Assembly: GCF_001194135.2 (NCBI RefSeq)
Contig: NC_068994.1
Location: 5,169,088 to 5,231,498 of the forward strand
Source of the DNA: Octopus bimaculoides
Taxonomy: Eukaryota
DNA length: 62,411 bases
Direction of reading: 5' to 3'
The position numbers and the translations under genes were made by a program. Shown here in pieces: positions 52,351 to 62,411 of the stretch (positions are counted from its first letter, which is position 1; each line of letters starts with the position of its first letter). The notes under the pieces are model-generated. The model was given only the letters and a program-made list of their open reading frames with translations, was not told where the DNA came from and ran no database searches.

Positions 52351-52744
52351 CTGCGGCAAATTAAGATTTTTCCATAATTGTACACGTTTGATAGTTTTTT
52401 TTAGTGTGAATACACACGTATGTGTGTTTGTGTGTACAGATATATGTGTGTAAATATATATATNNNNNNNNNNNNNNNNNNNNNNNNNNNNNNNNNNNNN
52501 NNNNNNNNNNNNNNNNNNNNNNNNNNNNNNNNNNNNNNNNNNNNNNNNNNNNNNNNNNNNNNNNNNNNNNNNNNNNNNNNNNNNNNNNNNNNNNNNNNNN
52601 NNNNNNNNNNNNNNNNNNNNNNNNNNNNATATGTATATATGGGTGGAGTTTTATGAGAATTGAGAAGGAAGTTAAAACGATTGAGAAAATATATGGGGGT
52701 GTGTATGTGTGTGTGAATGTATGGAGCGTGTGCATGTGCGTGCT

Positions 52745-52775
<31 letters not shown>

Positions 52776-53439
52776 TGTCTGGAGATACCACTAATAGTTT
52801 CAATAGTTCAAATATATACATAAAATGTCTGTTTTCCTGTGTGACTGTCACGTCGCATGAGAGAGAGGAGAGGGAGAGATAGATAGATAGATAGAGAGAG
52901 AGAGTGAGAGAAAGTGAGAGAGAGAGAGAGAGGGGGTTCTCAAATGCAGAAATTAGGGTAAAGGTGGTGGTGGTATTGTTCAGGAGAAGCCAGGGGTGGC
53001 GTTGGTGTGGGGTTGTTGCAGTGGGGTGGATAGAAAAGGGCAACCAAGCAAAACGATGGTTGTACATTTTGTGAGGACGACGAGCGTGGGGATGGAAAAT
53101 GATGATGATGATGATGACGATGATGATGATGAAGCTAGTCCCATATACGTTGAGGCCAGATATAAATAAATGATGAATAAATACTGAATAATCAGGGTAA
53201 TGTGTTGTACAATGGAAGTAAAACTAGCATGGATTCAGTCTCACTTCACTAACGATGTTAATAATTTTCGTAGGAAATGCATGAAGGTCATATCATCTCT
53301 TGTCTCTGCTCCTGCTTACCCCTCTACGTAACATTGATGATGAACAACGTACCAACACACAAATCCACAAATTTGTAACCTCGTGGATATCGTTGGCGAT
53401 TTTTTCTTCCTCCATTTTTCCCTTCCTTGAACTTTCCTT

Positions 53440-53474
53440 GTTTCCGACGAAGAGCTCCGCTCGAAACGTCAAAT
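53440..53474 (+). ncRNA. Hammerhead-like motif (Penelope-type) with a core variant
   Basis: GTTT-CCGACGA-A-GAGC(TCC)GCTC-GAAA-CG-TC-AAAT. Stem II is 4 bp, the triplet is GUC, stem I is short (TTT/AAA); core U4 is replaced by C. Confidence 0.45.
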
Positions 53475-53619
53475 TCTCTTTCTTTCCTTTCCCGAGCGTC
53501 TAGTAACACAATCTGTATCACGTCCTCACGTTGTTGTTTTTTGTTGTTGTTTTTTTTTGTCTTTTTCCTTTTTTGAACTTATTTGTTTGTTGTTATTGTT
53601 GGTTTATGCCTCAAGTTGA

Positions 53620-53765
53620 CAAATCTATGAAGGAGGACATTCCAGCTGTAGAAACTCTGCAATATCAGATTGGAACCTGGTGCAGCCCTCCAGCTTACCG
53701 ATTTCAGTCAAACCGTCCAATCCATGCCAGCATGGAAAGCAGATGCCAAATGATGATGATGTCAT
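53620..53765 (+). mobile_element. RTE 3'UTR/SINE tail copy
   Basis: CATTCCAGCTGTAGAAACTCTGC...TCCATGCCAGCATGGAAAGCAGA...ATGATGATGATG. Confidence 0.7.
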
Positions 53766-54189
53766 AGTGTACTCTGAGCTACGGTATCTGTTGTGTTTTA
53801 CCTCTTTTTGTTAAGACAAAAAGGGTGAGATTTGAGGGAGATTTAGTTGCTAGTTATGCAGGTCAAGCAACCACATAGTAGTTCAATCGCTGGCTTTTAA
53901 GAGGACAGGTTGTGTGCACAGAGTTAGAGGGACAAATTTCAGAAAAAGGAGGACCCTAGGTTATATATTTGCTGTGGGCAAAGAAGTCAGAGAAGGGAGA
54001 GTAGCTAATGATTTTACTAATTAGCCATCTTACATGTTGCTTTGATAATGAGACTGACAAGGGGACCGCTAAGTTGTCATTCGACATGCTAAAAATAGCA
54101 GTTAAATTTATTTCAAATCCCACTCTCCTGTATCTTGAGAAATCAAAGAATACATTGGATAATTAGATAATGTCTTACACAGGGTGACA

Positions 54190-54510
54190 CTGTAGCCATG
54201 CTGGAGCAGCAACCTGAAGAATTTTTGAGTCAAATGAATCAACTCCAGTACTTATTCTTTCAGTCTCTTTTACCAAATTGGTAAGAATCAGGAACATAAA
54301 AACACACCAATATCAGTTGTGAAGCAGTGGTGGGGACAAAAACAGATACAAAGACACACACACACACACACATACATACAAAGGGCTTCTTTCCACTCAC
54401 AAGGTTTTGGTTGACCCAAGGCTTGAATAGAAGACACTTGCCCCTGGTGCCATGCAGGGGAACTGAACCTGGAACCATGTGGTTGGGAAACAAGCTTCTT
54501 ACCACACAGC
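54190..54510 (-). mobile_element. SINE, same family as 54881
   Basis: Inverted copy of the same head, core and tail. Confidence 0.7.
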
Positions 54511-54880
54511 TACAATGTCAGCAACAAGCAATGACAAAACAGAGTGAAACTATATTCTAGAACAACAAACAGAAAATTATGATATAAAAACAATATTAAT
54601 AACAAAAAGAGAACATATGGTGTTTCTAGCATATGTGAAATTTTTAGAGCAAACAATAATCACAGCTTAACTGGGTTCCTGAATGACAATATAATTGAAT
54701 GTAATTGATCTAGGAGTGGAGAGGGCTTTTGTGATAGCATTTCTATGTTTTTTAATTTTATTACAAATGGTGGACAAAAGTACCAATAGTTATAGGCTTC
54801 CAACAGTGATTCACAGCATCTGGGAGGAATAAGAGTGGCAGGGTGGGCCCCAGTAATTAATTCAGTGTCCCTTCAGAGCC

Positions 54881-55700
54881 AAGTGGCCGTGTGATAAGTA
54901 GTTTGCTTACCAACCATATGGCTCCGGGTTCAGTCCCGCTGCATGACACCTTGGGCAAGTGTCTTCTACTATAGCCTCGGGCCAACCAAAGCCTTGTGAG
55001 TGGATTTGGTAGATGAAAACTGAAAAAAGCCTGTCGTATAATATATACACATACATACATAGATACATAGATACATAGATACATACATATATATATATAT
55101 ANNNNNNNNNNNNNNNNNNNNNNNNNNNNNNNNNNNNNNNNNNNNNNNNNNNNNNNNNNNNNNNNNNNNNNNNNNNNNNNNNNNNNNNNNNNNNNNNNNN
55201 NNNNNNNNNNNNNNNNNNNNNNNNNNNNNNNNNNNNNNNNNNNNNNNNNNNNNNNNNNNNNNNNNNNNNNNNNNNNNNNNNNNNNNNNNNNNNNNNNNNN
55301 NNNNNNNNNNNNNNNNNNNNNNNNNNNNNNNNNNNNNNNNNNNNNNNNNNNNNNNNNNNNNNNNNNNNNNNNNNNNNNNNNNNNNNNNNNNNNNNNNNNN
55401 GGCACATAAAAGACACCATTTCGAGCGTGGCCGTTTTCGTGCGGATGACACGTAAAAGCACCCACTACACTCTCTGAGTGGTTGGCGTTAGGAAGGGCAT
55501 CCAGCTGTAGAAACTCTGCCAAATTAGATTGGAGCCTGGTGTTGCCATCCAGTTTCACCAGTCCTCAGTCAAATCGTCCAACCCATGCTAGCATGGAAGG
55601 CGGACGTTAAACGATGATGATGATGATGATGATGTTTGTGTGTCTATGTTTGGTGTGTTTACGTCCCCGTAACTTCGCAGTTCAGCAAAAAAGACCAACA
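54881..55700 (+). mobile_element. SINE with internal (TA)/(TG) microsatellite (GGGCAAGTGTCTTCTACTATAGCC family), interrupted by a gap and an RTE tail
   Basis: Head GGCCGTGTGATAAGTAGTTTGCTTACCAACCATATGGCTCCGGGTTCAGTCCC; the 3' part GTTTACGTCCCCGTAACTT resumes at about 55650. Confidence 0.7.
55401..55635 (+). mobile_element. RTE 3'UTR/SINE tail copy (young, CpG intact), nested in a SINE
   Basis: Same tail ending CGGACGTTAAACGATGATGATGAT; flanked by the two halves of the SINE starting at 54881. Confidence 0.75.
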
Positions 55701-56115
55701 GTGAAGGACCACTCAACTAAATGGGGTTTAGTCACATCCTTCTGACCCACTGGTCTGCTGTCGTCTCTCTTTCTGGCTTGTCTATTGCTACTATCATGAG
55801 CTCTGTTCTTTAGAGTTTGTTTCTACCATTCTAGCATCTGCCACTCACTCGTCTCACTACCTTTCATCAACTTAACTGCATCCAACCACACTGGGACCCT
55901 ACACTAACTACCATGCTCAGTCCTTGGCCCTCAGGAATCTGCCAGCTCATGTCTTTTCTGTAGGTGTTGGTACAACAGTTTAAACAGAAAATTAAGTGTC
56001 AAGTTCAGTGCAATCTGATAGCTTGCAAGCTCATGGGCACTGCCCCCCTCCTCAAACTCAACAAATGAAAAAAGGAAAAAAAAGGAGTGAAACAACATGT
56101 ATTGAGAACTTGTGA

Positions 56116-56153
<38 letters not shown>

Positions 56154-56599
56154 CTGTGTGTGTGTGTGTGTGTGTGTGTCTGTGTGTGTGTTATTACAAT
56201 AGTAATAAACTGAAAGACAGAGTGGGAACACCAGAAAAGTGGATCAAGAATTCTTTAATGGAATTTAAATTAATAACCTCGAGTACCAAATGTTCCAGAC
56301 TGCTAAGTATAATGAGCAATTAATCAACTTGGAGCATGGATGACAGGTTGCCATTATGGCTGATGAGAATGTGTATGTGTCTATATATATGTATATATAT
56401 ATATATAACTAATAAGTTTAAAAATGGAGAAATTCAATGGATATAAATAAATAAATTAATTAATTAACATTGCCTACAATTGTTTCACTTCACACTCAAT
56501 TTAAATTACAATACATATATAATAATATAAGTTTGCATTTTCAGAGTAAAATGGACTTTACAGAGTTTAGCTTTTGATCAGTTGAAATACTCCAACAGA

Positions 56600-56860
56600 T
56601 TAAGCAGATGGCCCAACACTCAAAAGGTGCTTTTCATGTGCCACTGACATTGGCCACTTTGCCACCATGAAGCCCAATGCTTGAATGGTGCTTTTTATGT
56701 GCCACCAGCATCAGCCATAACTATGATTTCACTTGGCTTGGCAGGTCTTCTCAAGCATAGCATGTCGCCAAAGGTCTCAGTCACTAGTCATTGCCTCTGC
56801 AAGGCCCAATGTTTGAAGATCATGCATCACTACCTCATCCCATGTCTTCTTGGGTCAACA
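56600..56860 (-). mobile_element. RTE LINE ORF C-terminus fragment
   Basis: Minus strand reads PKKTWDEVVMHDLQTLGLAEAMTSD*DLWRHAMLEKTCQAK*. Confidence 0.8.
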
Positions 56861-57371
56861 TATACATATGTATGTGCGTGTGTGTGTGTGTATGCATATA
56901 GATGTATGTGAGTCTTTGTGCTTGTGTTTGTCCACTCCATCACAACCATCACCCACACTACCATCACCACTACCACCACCACCACCACCACCACCACCAT
57001 TTGACAATGGGTGTTGGTTTCTTTACATCCCCATAGCATAGCAGTTTGGCAAAAGCAACAATAGAATAAGAACCGGGCTTAAAAGTAAGTACCAGGGTCA
57101 ATTGATTGAAACAAGTAAAAGATCAAAGATACAATATATATNNNNNNNNNNNNNNNNNNNNNNNNNNNNNNNNNNNNNNNNNNNNNNNNNNNNNNNNNNN
57201 NNNNNNNNNNNNNNNNNNNNNNNNNNNNNNNNNNNNNNNNNNNNNNNNNNNNNNNNNNNNNNNNNNNNNNNNNNNNNNNNNNNNNNNNNNNNNNNNNNNN
57301 NNNNNNNNNNNNNNNNNNNNNNNNNNNNNNNNNNNNNNNNNNNNNNNNNNNNNNNNNNNNNNNNNNNNNNN

Positions 57372-57410
<39 letters not shown>

Positions 57411-57774
57411 ATATATATTTAAAATGATATACTGTGATACACATACACACACACACACACACATATCTGGACCTATGTAAATATATACTCAAAACTAGTT
57501 CATATTCCACCAGTGTATGGGCTGTTCAATGATTCTGTGGTTGAAATTTTGGCAAGTTGCCCTCTTATGTTGAGAACTAATTGATAGAATGAAAACGGAC
57601 ATGGGCGTTTCATTTAGACACAGCAGAGGAGAAATTATTGCATGTTGCTGTTGTTGTTGTTGGGGGTGGTGGGGTGGGGGTGGTTCTGCAACTGTTGTTG
57701 CTTTGTTGTCAATGTTGTTGTTGTTATTGCTGCTGCTGCTGGTGATGTTGTTGATGATGATGATGATGATGATA

Positions 57775-57809
<35 letters not shown>

Positions 57810-58040
57810 AATGATGATGATGATGATGGTGTTGATGATAATGATGTGATGATGATAAAGGTAATGGTGATGATGGTGATGATGATGATCAATATTATAC
57901 AGACAAAATAATAAAACAAATTCTTGGTAACTTGACAAAACAAAAAAAATATTACATCATCATCCACATCTTCATCATCATCATCATCACCATCAGCCCC
58001 ACCATTATAACTATTGTTAGCACCATCTTTTTCAAATAGT

Positions 58041-58075
<35 letters not shown>

Positions 58076-58109
58076 CTGTATGTAGCCTTGACTAGGAACC
58101 AAATTATCC

Positions 58110-58645
58110 TAGAGGCCAGACATTTTCCTAAACCAGAGAAAGATCTGACATGGTACCAAACCAACAAAACGGTCAAATATAGCATAAAACCATACTAGCA
58201 GATAATTCATAGTACCAAACCCAATCAAGGAGTCAAGAATAGTATCATATATTACCAAAATAGGTCCTGAGGTCAGTGGTGCTATCAAGCAAGCCCATAG
58301 GTCAGATATTACACCAAAATAACTTGAAGGTCAAACATGACATCAGAATGAGTTTAGTGGTCAGGTATGATACCAATGCATGTTTAGTGGTCAAGCATGG
58401 CACCAAATAAACCAAAAGGTCAGATATAGCACCAAGCATGCTCTTCAGATCAATAGGCACTAAAGCATGTCTAGAGGTCAATATTGCACCAAACCAGCTC
58501 CAGAGGTCAATATAGCACCAAACCAGCCCCAGAGGTCAATATAGCACTAAACCAACTCCAGAGGTCAAAGTAGCACCAAAGCAGGTTAAGAGTCAATATT
58601 GCATCAAAGCAAATCTAGAGGTTACTATAGTAACTGAAGCTGGCC
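58110..58645. repeat. Degenerate 28-30-bp minisatellite, about 18 units
   Basis: Unit like GGTCAATATAGCACCAAACCAGCCCCAGA; (A/T)GGTCA recurs at 28-30-bp spacing. Confidence 0.85.
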
Positions 58646-59037
58646 ATAGCCCCGCTCAAGCAAATACCAATATTCCCAGAACTTGTTTGTGCAGGTGGGG
58701 ATGGAATTTATAAACAAAGTCCCCTCTGTATAGCTGACTTCAAGTACAACCTTTTGTATCTGCTATTTTCCCCCTTCTCCCCCTCTTCTACAATCAAGCT
58801 ATTTGTCTACAGGATTTATATATTTAATACAGACTGTCAGGTTATCATCTGTATACATTTACACATGTTGTGTATGTTTGTGTGTGTATGCATGTGTACA
58901 TTTAAGTACATAAACTTGTATTTGTGTGTAGTGTGTATACACATACGCACCCACACATAAAGACACACATCTGTATGTATAAATATATATACACACACAC
59001 ACACACTTAATATACATACTTATGTACATTCATATAC

Positions 59038-59078
<41 letters not shown>

Positions 59079-59439
59079 CATACACACACACATATATATA
59101 CATATAAACGTATATACACACACACACATATATACATATATACATATAAACGTATATAAGCATATATATATATACATATATATAAACATCTATACATATA
59201 TATATATATGTGTGTGTGTGTGTGTATGTGAGTGTGTGTGTATGTGTGTGTGTGTGTGCGTGTGCACACACATATGGGTGTTTGTAAAACAGGAGAAGAA
59301 GGGAGTGAGGTCAGGTGTCAAGATGTTGGGAGCTCGAGACAAGATAATGAAGGATCAGAGCAGAGGGGCAACAACGCCGCGGACTGAGGAGTATCTGTCC
59401 GGCCTATGAGGGAGAGAAATAGAACTTAAAGTAAGAAGG

Positions 59440-59810
59440 ATGTTGAAGATGATTATGATGATGGTGATGATGATGATGATGATGATGGTGATGGTGATGG
59501 TGATGACGACGACGATGATGATGGTGAGGCAAAGGAGGAAGAAGTGGAGTAAGATAGTAGTAGTGATGGTGGTTGATGGTTGTGATAGTTGTGATGATGA
59601 TGATGGTGATGGTGGTAATGATGGTGATGATGATGATGATGACGATGAGTATGATGATGATGGTGACGGAAACGATATTGGTGGTGGTGGTGGTGGTGGT
59701 GGTGGTGGTGGTGATGATGATGATGATGGTGAAGATTATGATGATGATGAAGATGATGATGATGATGACGGAGCTGATGTTGGTGGTGATGATTATATGC
59801 CTTCATACAA
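59440..59810. repeat. Compound (GAT)n/(GGT)n trinucleotide tract; similar tracts at 3940-4220, 17080-17360, 34000-34660 and 57640-57990
   Basis: Directly visible; these tracts generate the poly-H/D/M/V pseudo-ORFs in the track. Confidence 0.9.
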
Positions 59811-60815
59811 ACACTTAGATGTATACTTAGATTGATGTCTGTGCATTCATTCTAGCATACTGACGCAATGGCAAAGTCCTCAGGACAACAGACAAAATGC
59901 CTTTCTATATTTCTTCTAACTCTCTTGGCTCTGAGTTCAAATCCTACCAAAGTCAATTGTGCCTTTCTTCCTTTTGGGTCAATAAGCAAATTACCAGACC
60001 AGGATGGTGGGTTGGTGGAATTGTTAGAGGATTAGACAGGAAGCCTTGCAATATCTTTTCTGGCTATTTGCCACTTGCATAGCCAGAGTGTGTGCCATCC
60101 AGGGTGGCCCTTCAGTTTGCAATCCTCAAATCCATCCATAAAATCCCCTCTCCAGGCTTTCATTGGAAAACATTTACTTGTGGTTCCATGCAGTTAGACT
60201 GAATACAAAACTATGTGGTCGAGAAGCAAACTTTGTGTGGGTATGTGTGTGTGTGTATGTGTTTGTATTTGCGTGCGTGCATGTGTGTGCGTATGTATGT
60301 AGTACATGCATATATGAGGGGGTGTTGGCTTTGGGTAGATTTCATTCCACATGGTCTCCTCTCAGATTCACGCATATATATATTGACATACATACTGCAG
60401 ATATACATGTATATATATATATTTTTTTTCTAAGCCCTATTAAAACATTTGGAAGATTGGACCCCTAATCAGGCCTTTCATAGTACCCTTAAAACCAGAA
60501 ACCTTTCAGCTCCCCGCTGACATATGGGCACATATATAGACATTCCCATTCGTCAACATAGATATAACCATCAGAGGCCAGAGGGAAGACTGGTTGTTCA
60601 CATTTTAGATGTGAATACAATTGCAAGCGATTTATTAATACTCACATATCAATGAATATATTAATATGTAAACACACAAATACACACATCCTTACATGTA
60701 CACACACATATATATACAAACACAAGTATCTATTTTGATAAAAATGGAGATGCTAATTCTCTGTCTGTCTGTCTGTCTGTCTCTGTCTGTCTGTCTGTCT
60801 GTCTCTGTCTGTCTG

Positions 60816-60889
<74 letters not shown>

Positions 60890-61403
60890 NNNNNNNNNNN
60901 NNNNNNNNNNNNNNNNNNNNNNNNNNNNNNNNNNNNNNNNNNNNNNNNNNNNNNNNNNNNNNNNNNNNNNNNNNNNNNNNNNNNNNNNNNNNNNNNNNNN
61001 NNNNNNNNNNNNNNNNNNNNNNNNNNNNNNNNNNNNNNNNNNNNNNNNNNNNNNNNNNNNNNNNNNNNNNNNNNNNNNNNNNNNNNNNNNNNNNNNNNNN
61101 NNNNNNNNNNNNNNNNNNNNNNNNNNNNNNNNNNNNNNNNNNNNNNNNNNNNNNNNNNNNNNNNNNNNNNNNNNNNNNNNNNNNNNNNNNNNNNNNNNNN
61201 NNNNNNNNNNNNNNNNNNNNNNNNNNNNNNNNNNNNNNNNNNNNNNNNNNNNNNNNNNNNNNNNNNNNNNNNNNNNNNNNNNNNNNNNNNNNNNNNNNNN
61301 NNNNNNNNNNNNNNNNNNNNNNNNNNNNNNNNNNNNNNNNNNNNNNNNNNNNNNNNNNNNNNNNNNNNNNNNNNNNNNNNNNNNNNNNNNNNNNNNNNNN
61401 NNN

Positions 61404-61442
<39 letters not shown>

Positions 61443-62281
61443 TCACACAATTGCAGACGTTTGTGTGTGTGTGTGTGTGTGTATGTGTTCGTTATTTAGA
61501 CATATACACATAATGCACACATACACAGAAACATAGCAACCCACACACACATACAAGTTAAACAAACCTACATGCTCACAGACACACCAGCAAGACTAAG
61601 AGTGAAAGAAGAAATGCTGCAAGTCTATTTATTTGTTAGTGAATGCAGCACAGAAGAAACCAATCACTGATCTTTCATCATTTCAGCAGGGCGTGTCTCA
61701 GCCATACTTCTGCTACTGTTTATTAATAAATAAATAAAAGGTCTCATATTCATGTATATTAGTCTCTTCATAAAATTAGGTCTGCGTATGTGTTTTTGAC
61801 AGTTTGGGGAATTAGGGTTTAATTTTTTATTTAACAACCCATCAAGATTCATTCACGTCTGTCTCGCAAACCGCTGAGGATAGGAAAGAAAGGCTACTGA
61901 TCAAAATGTAAACAAAGCTTGTGATTTAGAACAGATTAGTTGCATAAGGAGGAGAAACACTGCCCCGTGGGCAGTTGTCTAGAGGGCAGAGTTCTTCCTT
62001 GCCGGAGAAATCTCAAGTCTTAGAGGGAAATTTTGTTTTATTTAATTCTGGAGGATTCTGGAGGGAGGGTAAGTGCCTACGACCTTTGAAGGACCAGGGA
62101 GCTTGATGCCGTCAATGTGTTGTTTAAACTGTTGCAAATATCATCTGCTACAGCTCTGGAATGACTGGAGCCTTTTGAGCGAATTTGGTGGATGGAAACT
62201 AAAAGAAGCCTGCTGTGCTGTGTGTATGTATGTATATATGTATCTTACATACACACACACATACATACATACGCGTGTGTG

Positions 62282-62350
<69 letters not shown>

Positions 62351-62411
62351 ACATACACATATCATCATCATTTTTACACCTGCTTCCCATGCTGGTATGG
62401 ACTAGACAGTT

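Noticed and set aside
53315-53325. GAGGG|GTAAGC donor on the minus strand
   Set aside because: The upstream sequence is the hammerhead-bearing repeat-like segment; no acceptor or promoter support.
55552-55570. Minus-strand CTGAGGA...GAAA as a fourth hammerhead (also 38899-38925)
   Set aside because: No stem II or stem I pairing; these lie in an RTE tail and in RTE coding sequence respectively.
59440-59835. Poly-His/Asp/Met/Val ORFs here and at 3959-4333, 17069-17381, 33940-34655, 57495-58102
   Set aside because: Translations of trinucleotide microsatellites; no splice context or domain content.
60696-61499. Long ORFs spanning N runs (also 26490-26837, 52361-52823, 54857-55558, 57079-57510)
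   Set aside because: Open only because assembly gaps translate as X.
62040-62075. Plus-strand donor GAGG|GTAAGT
   Set aside because: Isolated site with no supportable exon or reading frame.

Overview
Eukaryotic, AT-rich, microsatellite- and retroposon-dense genomic DNA with nine assembly gaps. The repeat families look cephalopod (octopus-like); this is an inference from recalled repeat types. One protein-coding gene is supported: a minus-strand hillarin/kyphoscoliosis-peptidase (KY)-like gene. Six phase-compatible GT-AG coding exons (20382 to 14409) give 501 codons with no stop, so the 3' end is missing. Its transglutaminase-like domain keeps His and Asp but lacks the catalytic Cys. Candidate non-coding leader exons lie at about 22.6, 28.1, 30.6 and 51.3 kb. 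The rest is tRNA-derived SINEs, RTE LINE fragments, an RLE-type (HERO-like) LINE fragment, a pogo-family DNA transposon relic, MITEs, minisatellites and simple repeats. Almost all other ORFs in the track are microsatellite or gap artefacts. The most unusual signal is three minimal type I hammerhead ribozyme-like motifs in three unrelated sequence contexts (12452-12504, 32993-33040, 53440-53474). One of them sits in the 3' half of a tRNA-headed SINE, suggesting Penelope-dependent, retrozyme-like non-autonomous elements.
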